A DNA stretch of 64,000 nucleotides from the human T2T-CHM13v2.0 reference genome, Homo sapiens (GCF_009914755.1 NC_060927.1), one strand, 5' to 3'. Counted from the first letter of the stretch, positions 27,985 through 43,294 are shown. Made by a program: numbers and translations. The notes: generated from the letters alone by a model not told the origin.

Positions 27985-30900
27985 CGAAGGCGGTGATGTC
28001 CCTTTCTTTCAGATTATAAAAGTTCCCTTGATTTGAAGAAAATCACTCTGGACATATACAGGTGACCCCCAACCATTGCGTTTCCCCATCTATAACTAAA
28101 ATCCTCAAGGAAGAAGCAACATACATTAGTATAACATTGCAGGCAAAATCCTTTAATAACAGGGCAGTATTTAAAGCGTAAGAGAGCACGTGTGAATTTT
28201 CAGAGAGCTTTTCTGATAGTTTCTTGTTGATGTTGTTATTATTATTGATTATTATTATTTGGTGAAAGCTAATGTCGGAAAGATGAAAAACATGGTTTTA
28301 GAACTTAATCAGTTACAAATAATTTTATTTATATCAAATCTCTGACACTGTGTGTCAGTGTCAATATTTTAAGTGGATCCCAAGAAAGTCTTAAGAGGAT
28401 GTCTTACTGCACCAATAGCTTTCACTTCATTACTGCCCTGCAGTTATTTTACATTATTTAATCCCAAATCCCATCTTTTGGATTCTACCTTCCTCTTGCA
28501 TTTTAAATCTTTAATGGGAGCCTCTGGCGGTCCATGGGTACAATGATTAGATACCTGCAGAGAGAAACTGAAAAATTAATCATGGTTTCCATTTTATATT
28601 TTTGTATTACACTAAAAATTACTTACTTGTAGAGCTAACTTCTACACTCCTGCAATATGTTCCTTAACATTGCAAATGCTGAGAATGATTTCAGATAAAG
28701 CATGTCCAAACTGAGCCAGTAAACAGCCTTAAGTTATTCTTTGAGATTTGTATGCTGGGTTTTCATCCAAATTTCATTTCAAATAATTTTAATTAAGACG
28801 CATTTATTGATAGAGGTTTGTTACATGTGGCCTAAAACCAGGGCAAGAGTACCCCAGGCTAATCATAGGAATGACGTTAAAATTGTTTATTATCCTTTTA
28901 TGAATTTTCCTGCTTAAATTACCGAATTTCGCAACTCTATGCAAAATGTGAAACACTGTAACCACACACAGTTTATTATAGAAACTGATGTATGCATTAA
29001 TCTGACCTTTACCTAAATACCTCCTTAACCACAAGGAATGAGTTTAAAAGAAAAAAAAAAACAAAACAAAGTCAGCTATCACATCATGAGTACCATCAAA
29101 CTGCTAAATCTATTAACTTTGTTTTCTTTTTTCACTATTATTAAACTGGAAAGAAAAATTCAACTGGAAAATTGTGCCTTGTCGGTTCCCTTGTCATCAT
29201 GTAATAAGTATGAGAAATATATGTGCAATGGCCAAATGGCCGGTAGACAAAACACCCACTCTAAGTGACGTACTGTTTTCCATACCACTCAGACAAAATC
29301 AAAACAACAGAACTGCTGCAAACAAAAACAAAATAACATTTCCCATCAGCATTCCAGACAGAAAATTTACAGGAAAAGAAGCTGGGAAAAGAACCAGAAT
29401 GAAATAACTGCTCATACCTCCACTCTTGGTAGAGCCATTTCTTCAGACAAACAGCACTTACTTGAACAGTGAAATGTTTAACAATTGATAAAATGTTTGC
29501 CAGTGCTGGAAAACTTTTTTCCCCCGTTTTTAGGCAAACATTTGCACTGTTTAAAGTGATGAAGTACTTCTATAGAACCAAGGGGCCTAGATTTTTCTTT
29601 TTTTAAACAGGGGAAACTTAAGATAAGGAAAGAGACAGGTTATAGATGGGTACAGAGGTAACTTTGCGATTTAATTACTTCTCCTTTCACAGAGAAATAG
29701 AGAAGAGTTTCTCAGTGCTGCTGAGCCCGCATGGGAGGAGAGCGTAAAACTCACTTGAAAAAGTGAAGATGAGCTCTTTTTACAGCTGAGTCACATTTAT
29801 GTAACTTGATTAAGGTGCCAGCATCCTGGAAGTTACTGGATCAGGGTTAAGCATAGATACCTGCTCATAAACTGAGGTGGTGCCGTGACTATCAACAGCT
29901 GTATTTGACTATTTCATCGAGTCAGTTTACAGTGTCTCCATCACAGTGGACGCCTGTCAGCTGCACTCTTGCTAACACAATTCCTGTGTTTTGCCTGGCA
30001 GTAAATGGACGCCTCTGCCCTAGCGTCTTCTAAACAACTCCGTTAACATTTGCCCCCGAGCGTCTCTCTCTTTGTCCAGTCCCTGTCTTCTAACAGATGT
30101 CATCCAAGCCTAATCAAGCATAAAATGGTCATAAATATTTCTTTCTGGTAGATTTCACATTCACATTTCATGCAGGGACATGATATTTTTCTGCTACCTC
30201 CAGGGAGAGCCTAATGCAAAAACCAGTTACTTACATTCTAGCCTCATGTTCCTTTAGTAAAATGCAGAGCATGTTCTCAGTTCAAAGACATAAAAAGGTG
30301 TAAGACTTTATCTTCTGGCTTTTGTTTAACTGCACCTTTTATCTTTCCTTCCTCCCCCACCGCCCCCCGCAAATGTATCTTCATCTTATAGTTTATCCTG
30401 ATGCATTAGAAATGTTCTTTTGTGCCTGAGAAAATATAAAACAGGGTCTAAAATGAGCCCATGTCTACCATATTTCAGTTACTTTAGGTTTTCAACATTA
30501 GGCTCCTTAATTACTGGCTAAAAAATTACTGGCAAAAAAAAAAAAAAAAGATTTTTTGCTCAGATATGTAATTCAAATAACAAGCTATTTAAAGAGTAGA
30601 TAAGAAGAAGGCTCTTCTATTTTGGTTCATTTTACGCACAATTTTGCAACCTCCATCATATTTAGTTAAAACGATGGGATGAATCGAATGTACAAATTTA
30701 AGTTTCATGCCAATTAGCATTGAAAAAAGAAAAGATAATCACGAGATAGGCCCCATTTCCAATACTTAAACTTTGATCAAGCAGGGGGAGCTACTCCAGA
30801 TAATTAATCAGCCTGCTTAATGAGAGGAGAACTGGTAATCAGCACAATCGTATTTATCTTCAGCAAACTTAGTAAATAATGAGTCTTAATCTAAAATAAA

Positions 30901-33184
30901 ACTGTCCTAATAATACTTTCAAGGCCATATGTCTGTGTTTCTCTTTCCTATCCCTTTTGTCAAAACAAAAATCTTATATTGCTATTTAAAGTGAACTGCA
31001 AAACACTTAGCGGTATATATCACAACAATGACGCTCCCCCCACGCCCTCACTCCGTTGAGCCTAATATTTGATTACTGCTAGTCAAATCAAGCTTTCAGG
31101 CAAATAATCTCCATTTTTAAAGTTAATGAGATATGGTCATGTCGACAACAGCTTGCAGAAACTTTTAATTTTAATTCCTGCAGGCTGTGCTGGCCTCTTT
31201 TACAGCAACTACTGTATGAATGAGTCAAATTTGCCAACATGGCTTATGTAGACAAGTGCACACTAATTAAAAATACCCACTGGTATCATAATTTAAATAC
31301 CATGAAAATAAACTGTGAAAGTCGCTCGGATCCAGTCTTCATGGTTTCCTTGGAGTGTGCTTCTTTTGACTATAGGATGTTTTATTGCTCGCATATTCTT
31401 AGCTGAAAACCATTTTGCATCTTTGAGGAATTTGGGATTTTGATGTAATTATACAATTTGTGTTAATATTTGTTTCGCATAAGCTGTTAAGCAGGCCTCC
31501 CAGAACGACCACTAATTGAGAAAACCATATTGCTGAGGCATGCGGCAAATTTATACTCTTGATTCAGCGTCCATCTACAACTTCCTTCCATGGGGCCGTC
31601 TCTTTCCTCTCTGAGCTCCAGCCACAATGAATTCAAAATAAAAACACAGTTGTTTTAGTCCGTCTTTCTTTTCTTCTTTTTGTTTGAGTTTTCACTCTTT
31701 ATAATATCTGTACTTTAACTGGTCTTCTTCCAAACCAGGAAGGCGGGCATGATTCTTCACCTAAAACTAACTGCAAAATGCTGCTATAACTTCTTTTCAG
31801 CCATCCATCCATCCAGCCTTCCATCCATTCATACAAATACACACTCACTTTTTTTTTTTTTTTAATTTAAATAATTTTTTGGCTAGGGAATTTCTGAGTC
31901 TGCCTTTGCTGGGATAAAAGTACATTTTATACAGGGTAAAAAGTTGGCATCGTGAGGGTTAAAGCTATTTGAGGGGTTAAATATGCAATTACCGCTCACT
32001 AAAACCAGAGAGACATATAGATAAATAGAAGAAATGAAGTCCCCAGGTTCCCTTCAGAAGCCTCCATCACATTACTACCAGACAGAAACTCTTTAAGTAC
32101 CATTTTCAGATGTTAAATCATTGTTCGCGCTGCACATATTTTCGCTATTCCTGGGGGAACAATATCTGAAGAGAGCGTGCTAACAAATGCAATCCCGTAA
32201 ACAGGCATTTTTCCTCTTGTTGTTAGTACCTTTGTATTCCCGCTCCCGGCTCTGTCATCCATGGCTTCTCTCTGCTTTGAAGTTAAAGTACTGAATGAGC
32301 AGTGTCATCTATTATCCAGAGTGTGCATGTAGATTATAAATAAGAAATAAAAGTGACTTTCAGTACACTGCTTTTGCATTAGCAAGTTGCCTCCTCTCTT
32401 ACCTCCTCTGTCCTTCATACTTGCAACCAACAATCTATTAGCAACCTGAATTTCAGGGTTTCTTTCAGAGGGAGACACAGACTGGAAAATGTGTATGTAA
32501 CAACGTGAAAAGTTGTATTGACACACAGGGCTGGGGTCTGGGCCAGGCCTCTGCATTCACCTTTTCTATCTTTAACCCTATCTTACAGATGTCCTTCAGG
32601 ACGTGTGTCTGGTGATGGGACCGGCTCTTCATTTACATTTTTCTGTTGACAAACAGAGTCCATGAATATTAATTATTCTGAAGTTTATTTGCAGAAAAGG
32701 CACTTTCTAATCCTTATCAATTATTTATTAAAAATCTCCCCCACCTAATAATCTCATTAACATTATTATACTAAGGCCAACAGCAAATATTCCTTTGATA
32801 AGTAACAACCCAACCTGCTATCCTTCCTGCCAAATCTCATGTAGCCTCCTTTGCTTAATCATGGATATCGTGGCTTTTGTTTTCTGGAAGCTCGAGGGTA
32901 GTCCTCCATTACTTTTTTTTTAATACAAGAAAATTCACAAACAGTGCCTTTTGTTATAAAATGAAAAGTTTCTGATACATTACACTAAAGGAAAAGAACA
33001 AAAATCTTGGAAAAATAGAATATGCCTGCTTTTTAATGCCCTGTTGGTTATGTGCAGAATTACTCAACAGAAATCCCAAGGAACTAAATCCCTGCAGTCC
33101 TACAACAACATGAAGGGTCTCGAGGGAATCCATCGGGTTTCAAAATATGTGAGAGTCTCAAAGAATGTAAAGCAAATGAAAATC

Positions 33185-33420
33185 GCATCCAATAATGGTG
33201 ACACCTACATTTATGTAGTGTTTCATTGCTTACCAGGCATTTTGACCTATAACACTTCACTTGCTTCCTCTAATACTCCTCTGAGGTGTGCAGGGCAGTT
33301 ATTATTAACCTTATTTTACAGATGAAAAAACTGAGGCTAAGCAACTGCCTAAGGTCACCAGGACAGAAGGCAGGAGGGCAGGGACTCCGAATCCTAGGTT
33401 TTCTCACCAAGAGTTTTGCA
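33185..33420 (-). mobile_element. MIR
   Basis: attttacagatgaaaaaactgaggct...ctgcctaaggtcac. Confidence 0.8.
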
Positions 33421-34131
33421 TCCCACCTTGTTGATTGGTCCTGTGTTCAAAATGAGGATTTCCTTCTATCTTCCTTCCCTCTTCCTTCTGGATTCACTGT
33501 TGGTATTTTTACTTGTTGCTGGGAAATTTCGTTAGCTGCCTGGAATTCCATTTTTAAAGGGCTGCCCTGCCCACTGATTTGTGAGGTACCACCTTCCCCC
33601 AAAATTACTGAAGCGCCAATTGTCTCAAACTGAGTCTGATTTCTAGTTTACTCAGAAACTTAAGATAGGAGAAGCAACATACAGTTTCAGAGGCAAAAGT
33701 AAACTTAGAAATGAAGTCGTATCCAGAGGCTCAAAGAGTGAGTGACTTGCTTCAAATCACAGGGTAAGTTACAGCAGCAACACTCAGGCTGGCTGAAACC
33801 TCTATCAACATTCTCAGATTTTTCGCAAGAGCCCATGCATTTTGCAAACTTGAGAGATTGCTTTTTTTTCCCTATTGGTCCAGAGGTCACCTTTTTTCCC
33901 CCTCTACTGAAAGTTTCTCATCTATTGCCTAAGAAAATGAGTCAGTATCCCTAAAGATTTCTGAAAAATCATCATAGTTGGATAGGAATAATCAGCCAGT
34001 AAGATATTTCATGAGACTGTCTCAACCCCAGTCTCCATTCTCTTCTCCTCACCATCACTACCCAATCAGCCTGACTCTATTCACAAAATTTCTAGAATGG
34101 GAACTGCCTCAATTTAGAAAAAAAAGAAAAA

Positions 34132-34134
<3 letters not shown>

Positions 34135-34177
<43 letters not shown>
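34135..34177. repeat. (CA)n microsatellite
   Basis: Direct reading. Confidence 0.97.
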
Positions 34178-34179
<2 letters not shown>

Positions 34180-34777
34180 TTTGCCTTAGTTCTTGCCCTG
34201 CATAAAAAGTCCTGCAAGCATAGGATAGCATGATCTTCTGATGCAACATATTAGCTGTCATACATTAGTAAAACCATACATTAGACATGGAGAAGCAGAA
34301 GGCCTAGGCCAAAGTTAAGATGCTACACATTCCAGTTAGAAATTCAGTGAAAGGCAACTTTAAAGTGAGGGTGGGGGTGTGGGTGACAATAGGCCAGTTC
34401 ATGAAGACTATGAATATCTAGTAAGGAATTACCGAGGTTATCTCCTGCATGGCTGATAACAATTAGATGTGGAGATGAGGGCTGAAGTCATCTCACCAGG
34501 GATTGCTGGCATATTCTGGGAAGTCTAAGCCTCTTTCCAACAGCATTCAAGAAAACATGGGCTTGAAGTCATCAGGAAAACCACAATGAAGGAAGCTTTA
34601 AGGAATGGGAGTTGGGAAACCAACCATGGTGGGAAGGATGAAATGGGGAAGTTTTTGTTGTAATTGTTGTTGAAGAAGAAAGTGACAAAATAAAGTTACC
34701 AATCTTACAGTATCATGTGATTAGCAGGGGAACTTTACCACCCTCTACACAGAAAAAATACCCATCTATGCATGGTC

Positions 34778-34975
34778 TAGGAAGGGTTTTGCAAACTACT
34801 GCCCTAGTCCTCTGTTTTTGTAAGTAAAGTTTTACTAGAACACAGACAGATCCATTATTTATGTAAGATCTATAGCTGCTTTCATATGGAGTATTTGTGA
34901 CAGAAAGAACAGCCTCCAAAGCCAAAAACAATTTTTTTACTACTTAAAAGAAAATTTAGAGTTTACAGATCCTTA
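34778..34975. mobile_element. MER58-like element
   Basis: gcaaactac...ctgtttttgtaagtaaagttttactagaacacag. Confidence 0.7.
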
Positions 34976-35045
34976 TTGTAGAAAGATTACTGTGGAGGGG
35001 GGAAAAACCCACTTCCCAATAACTGATAGTGAGAATTTAAGAGTA

Positions 35046-35196
35046 AGCTGGGTGCAGCGGCATGCACCTGTAGTCCCAGCTACTGGGGAGGGTGAGGCAG
35101 GAGATTTGCTTGAGCCCAGCTGCCTCTAAATAGCCACTGCACTCCAGCCTGGGCAACACGGCAAGATCCTGTCTCAAAAACAAACAAACAAACAAA
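35046..35196 (+). mobile_element. Alu monomer (FAM/FRAM-like)
   Basis: Single right-arm-like unit with CAAA tail. Confidence 0.8.
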
Positions 35197-35537
35197 GGAA
35201 ACCAGGAAAACACAGACATACATGTACATAGTAATACACACATACCCTATGTATGAATTGTTGTTGTTAATAGTGTCAGTACCATAGAAATAAAATTCCT
35301 GATTTCATCCATCTTCACAGATCATGGAAGGGTCCACATCATACCCCACAAGACTGTTTCTGAATACATCAGGGTTATCCATGCAAAAGTTAATCAAAGG
35401 ACAAAGCCTTTATTCTGTCTGAGCTTAGTTTCTTCATCCATAAAATGTGAGTCTGGATCATCTAAGGAATTTTAGAAATGCTATGACTCTACAGATAAGG
35501 AATAAGGAGCAAAGCGAATACACAATGTATGCACATG

Positions 35538-35540
<3 letters not shown>

Positions 35541-35582
<42 letters not shown>
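35541..35582. repeat. (CA)n microsatellite
   Basis: Direct reading. Confidence 0.97.
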
Positions 35583-35584
<2 letters not shown>

Positions 35585-35669
35585 CAATATACCCCAGGGT
35601 AGGAAGAGAAGGGTAGAAGAATCAAGGACACAGCAGATTGCAGGTATGACCAAGTTGGAGTACATAAAT

Positions 35670-35966
35670 GTTTTTTTTTTTTTTTGAGATGGAGTCTCGC
35701 TCTTGTTGCCCAGACTGGAGAGCAGCGCCATGATCTCAGCTCACTGCAACCTCCGCCCCCGGGTTCAAGCCATTCTCCTGCCTCAGCCTCCCCAGTAGCT
35801 GGGATTACAAGCGCCTGCCACCACGCCTCGCTAATTTTTTGTGTTTTTAGTAGAGACGAGGTTTCACTATATTGGCCAGGCTGGTCTCGAACTCCTGACC
35901 TCGTGATCCATCCGCCTTGGCCTCCCAAAGTGCTGGGATTACAGGCTTGAGCCACCGCACCCGGCC
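35670..35966 (-). mobile_element. AluS
   Basis: poly(T) followed by an antisense dimer. Confidence 0.95.
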
Positions 35967-37348
35967 TATTTTGGACTTTCAAAGTAGCTTGAGGGGCAAA
36001 TATGTAAGCCACCCAGAAACATGCATGTACTTCATTTCTCATTCTGGGAATCAAAAGAGCTTGACTTACTTCTTTGGCCCATCAAGTGTGTCTCTTTTTT
36101 GCACTGACAACACGTATGTGGCCACGATGACACCTTCAAGGAATGGAGGCTCCCTGCCTCTCCAATAGCAGCCCCAAAACTGGGAGATTTCCAATTGATG
36201 ACTTTTCTTCAAATAAGATTGCTTTTCAGCCTTCTCCACTGTTCTTTTCAAAAGCAGACCCATCAGCTTGTTTTTCAAAGGTGAGAGAGAGATAAAGACA
36301 GACTAAAAATGATCCTCTGTAGCCTAGTTAGTTGGGCTTTTGTGCTGATCCAGAATGGTGACCAACTAAGATGTTAGTGATTTCATGGTAAAGCAAGGAC
36401 TCACGGACTCCGGGTAATCAGCTGACTTCATAAAATCAGCCAGGAAAGGTAAAGACTTTCCTAAACCGGAAACAAATATATGCTTTTGCTGCTAGGGAAA
36501 TGTACATAGTTTGACTTGTAGGTTATGAATCTTTAAAACTCCTACCCTAAGTCCCATCATACCTCGTTTGTGAGTACTATCTTTTATTTATCGTGCTAAG
36601 CAATTGTTCTTTGTTGACTGGAGCGGTGTTCTATGTGAGCAAAGCAGGTGAGACACAGACACAGGAACACAAAATACCACTCAGGGAGCAAAGGACATTT
36701 TCTCAACAGAGCTAATCACTCTTGAAGCAAAATAATCCACTCTCCCCAGTTATTAAAATAACGAAAGTAACTGTGGCAACTTCAAAAGGACTAACTCATT
36801 AATCAGTGAAGCTGGGTGAATAATTTCCTCAAGAAACACAAGGTACCAGAAATATTTTATCCAAATACATTTTTGTTGGTCAGAATAGGGTTCAAGCCTG
36901 TTACATAATCCTAAGAAAACACAGAAGGTATTTCCCTCATCCTGTCAGTGTGTGACAGCTGTTTGGGGCACCTGGAGAAAGTCTACAGTTTAAGTCTTCG
37001 GGTTCCATGTTCCCAAACACAAGGGCAATAAAGGGGACCATGTCAAACTCAAAATAGCTGCTTTTCAGTTGTCTATAAAATACCAGTTGCAACCACCACT
37101 ACTTACTTGCAATTTATTATGTGCAGCCTTATTAATAAACCCAGATTTCCGCGTTCTTAGAAGCAATACTTCCATCCCCCTGACCAGTCAAAGGAGACAG
37201 CAATCAGAAAAGTTTTCTGTGCTGGAGGTATGGTTCAGATCCTTCAGGACCCTAATGCCTTAGCTTTATTGCCTATAGCATGCTGCAAACGTCACCACCA
37301 GAGGCACTGCCGAATTTCTGCTATTTCTGGATAAAACAAAGGCCTGCT

Positions 37349-37852
<504 letters not shown>

Positions 37853-38269
37853 TCAAAGTGTTTTAGAAACAGATGGAATCAGGCTAACTTCGGTCTGACG
37901 GTGCCAGGCTTGGGTGTTCACTGGAAGGACACACTGCAACAGGTGTGAAGCAGGACTCTCTCCCGTTGAAATGAAATGAAACCAACCTAAGTTACAAGGC
38001 GCAGTTGCTTAAGAGTAAAATTAGGTACATCTGCTACAAATAAGGGCTCCATCTGAAAATAGGAGAGGGTGGAAATGGAAAAGCTGCTGTCTATGGGAAT
38101 ACTTAGTATTTGCTTTCTGAACTCAGCAAGAAAAGTTGGGTTGAAGTGGAATGATTCTGAATGACAAAACATTTCAGGAAACTCAATGGGGAAGGAGAGC
38201 AGGCAAAATGGGAGAAATCCTTTCAGAATGAACTGATCATCACCACAATAAACAAACACAGTAAGAGAT

Positions 38270-38530
38270 GCTTGAGAGCTCTGATGAAGAGCTCAGGCTC
38301 TGGAGTCGGGCAGATGTAGGGTGAAATCTGGGCTTGTCCAGTCGTAAGCTGTGTGAACGAGCGTGGGCAGCTAATTAAGTTTCTTCCTGTGTAGAACAAG
38401 TATTTTAAAAGTACTTAGCTCACAGGGTGCTTGTGAGAAGGAACTGTACTAACACAGGTACAGTACTAAGCATGAGTATGGAGAGCAGAGGCTTTCCATA
38501 AATTTTCCATTGCTATTATTATTACTTCTA
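38270..38530 (+). mobile_element. MIR
   Basis: aagagctcaggctctggagtc...gctgtgtga. Confidence 0.7.
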
Positions 38531-38565
38531 CTACTCTTACTACTAATAATACTGATAGTTTATTT

Positions 38566-39177
<612 letters not shown>

Positions 39178-39207
39178 AGTAATTTCTAACCCATAAACAT
39201 CTTTGAC

Positions 39208-39773
<566 letters not shown>

Positions 39774-39874
39774 TTGACAAGATGTTCAGGATTTTCAATA
39801 AAAGGAAGAAATATACTCATTTATTGAAACTAGGATGGCCTACCTATTTTACCATGTTGGAAGTTTCCTCTTAA

Positions 39875-40150
<276 letters not shown>

Positions 40151-42089
40151 AGTCTTAACAATAACTGTTTAAGAATTGTGCCTAAATATGGAATTACCTG
40201 GCACAGCTGGAAGAAGATGAAGAGGGGAGGAGTTAGAAAAACATTAGCCCATGAATGATGCCACTTGAAACCAAGAACATGAATTTTCCCTTAAAACTGT
40301 AAACACACAAAATGTGAAATTAAAATTAAGATGAAAATGTGAAACACCATGTAAGAGAATTAACCCTCACAATTCTCACTCATCAGCAACATTACTGCTA
40401 GCTCTTTTCTCATCTATAATGTTCGATGGTGGCAATGAGAATACAAATACATAAAATGAGAAGACATGATTTTTACAAGAAAGGGAAAACAGGGTATCCA
40501 CTGAAATGTTAACAGTTGTTACCTCCATTAAACAGGATTGCAAGCGATACAGCTTTTTTCTCTGTTTGCTTTCTTAGTTGCATCTTCTAATTTTTCTACA
40601 ACGAATGTGTCATTAATTGTGCCGTTGAAAATTCAAAATTATTTGCTATTCAATTTCCAATTGAAAACATCTGAATTGCACCCAAGCATTACACAGAGCC
40701 AGTGCTGAGGATTTCACTCAGCTCTGGCACATGGGATATTTTGTAGGCACTGGTGGAGTGAAGTGACTGTCTCGCCACCTCTTCCAGCACACTCAGCAAC
40801 CATTCTCTAATTATGCCATAGTCTCTCTGCCAATATTTTATGGGAGTTTTACAAGATGCACCTACAGCTACTTATACTCAGAAATCGGAAGACCTTCTAA
40901 AGTTCTTGCTTAAAAAAAAAACCCGCCTTTTTGTTTTTCTTGTTCTTGATTCTTTAGAAACTTCCTCAGCCTTCCAGAAATCAACACGGGCCACAAGAAT
41001 CATGTATTATTTCAGACTAGAACCTAAAAAAGAGACTCACCAGGTAACAGCCTAGGAAGCTACTGATTATATGTAGTATATAATTATTTGCTGTCTTGGT
41101 TCTAGGTACTAATCCCATGGAAAATATAGAAAGACGGCAGCAAGGAACATTGAGACATGAAAGTCTTTGCCACGTGTAAAATCGTAGATGTTTTAAAAAA
41201 AAATGCAGGCACAAGAATTTAGCAAGAAAAAAAAATAGACATGCCAATAAAAAAGCTGCTTCTTAAAATCTGGCTGGCAGTGTCCTTCCTCTCCCCAAAG
41301 GATACTCTTAGTAAAGAAAACATGGTAGATTTTTTTCTCCCTTGCCTGTATTTGATTTCCAATTAAAATTAAATATAAACTGAAACGCCACCTGGATTTC
41401 AGCAAAATCCAATCCCCGCCCTCCACCCTTCCTTTTTTAAAAAGAAGAACCTGGGCTTACATATACAAACATTTTGCTAAATGACCCGTGGCAAATTGCG
41501 TAATGCCAGTAAAAGTTGTGTTTTTTAAGTTATGAGCCCCAAAGATTTTATCTGAAATAAAACCCTGATTCAATTCAGATTCTGGAGGCAAACTGTGTCC
41601 TTAACTCTGCGTCTAAATTTAAAACATTTGTGTGTGGGGCCCCTTCAGTAACGTTGCTAGTAGGTATGGTGGAGAAATTCTGTATTGATTAGGATATGTG
41701 TTTTCTTTTCTAAAATGGTAAATTGGGGCACTAATTGCCTACAAGAACCGGTTCCCTGCAGTCTCCAAGTAGAGGTCAGTTTCTAAATGAAGGTTTGCCT
41801 GTCAAATAAGAATTCGTACTGAGTTCCATTTATCGCCTCAATGAGGAAAGACAGAACTGTACTTCCATGGAGAAGGGTTCTCCTTGGAGGTCTCCAACAG
41901 CCATATCTACAATGACCCAAGATGATTGGATTTTAATATAAAGCGGATGAGGTGGGCTAAAAAATGGAACGGTTCTAAGAACAACTTGATTCCCTCCTGA
42001 CCTCCACCTTTGGGTCCCCAAGACCTCAACCATGGCTTTTCCCAGTCTTCAAAAGATTCTAAGAAAGGACAATAATAAAGTAAGGAGCA

Positions 42090-42300
42090 CGTTTTAAAGG
42101 GTTGGCTATTATGCCAAGGTCAATAAATTATTTAGCATATTCATCACATCGACCCTCTCAGGAAGTTATCTCTATTGCCCTGTTTTACAGATGAGAAAAG
42201 TGAGGCTGTGAGAGATGGCAAAACTTGCCCAACTTCACTCATCGAGTGTAGGCGCTGGTGGGTGGGTTTTCAACTCTCATCAGTGGCATTCCAAAATGCC
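42090..42300 (-). mobile_element. MIR
   Basis: gttttacagatgagaaaagtgaggct...acttgccca. Confidence 0.7.
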
Positions 42301-42498
42301 TCCAATAAAATATTCCTCCTGCCCTTTCCAGCTCCCCAGGGCAGTTTAAATCAGTCTCTAGCAGAAACAACATGAAATGGGGTAAGCAACGAAGTGTATC
42401 TGTAATGACTGTGGACATGCGACATGATTAAGCCCACACAGACTGGGAAGAAACTTAGAAGTGGGGAGCAGTGGTGGAAATTTAAAGAAAACAAATGT

Positions 42499-42889
<391 letters not shown>

Positions 42890-43245
42890 TTAGATAATGA
42901 GTAGTGGTTGTCAAATTTGATGGTGGAAGCACCTAGAAGTGAGGCAGAGATCTCCCTGTGGAGAGATAACACCAGGGAGCAGCTAAGTGGTAGCGGAAAA
43001 CTCAAAGACATTATGGGAGAAAATCCTTGTACCTGCACAAATTGTATTCCCTTATTCCTATGCAAAAAATAAATCTTGTTCAAGGTGCAGGTATTCTCTG
43101 CCATTTATATATATCATTTTTATATATCTCACAAGAGTTTTCCAACAGTGTGAATGTGAATTAAATTAAAAATAACTTTTCATTTTTATTATAAAGGCAA
43201 TACATGTTATTGTAGAAATTTGGGGATATACAGAAAAGTGTAAAC

Positions 43246-43248
<3 letters not shown>

Positions 43249-43290
<42 letters not shown>
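43249..43290. repeat. (TG)n microsatellite
   Basis: Direct reading. Confidence 0.97.

Positions 43291-43294
<4 letters not shown>

Noticed and set aside
27586-27996. 136-aa plus-strand ORF over the candidate promoter
   Set aside because: Non-ATG start in a TG repeat and no recognisable domain; the organised signals (TATA, ATG, donor) are on the minus strand
28620-30235. Additional minus-strand GTAAGT donors (~28621, 29456, ~30229)
   Set aside because: No accompanying TATA/ATG or convincing acceptor; the hexamer is expected by chance at this density
35458-36054. 198-aa ORF, the longest in the track
   Set aside because: Made of an Alu, poly(A) and a (TG)n repeat
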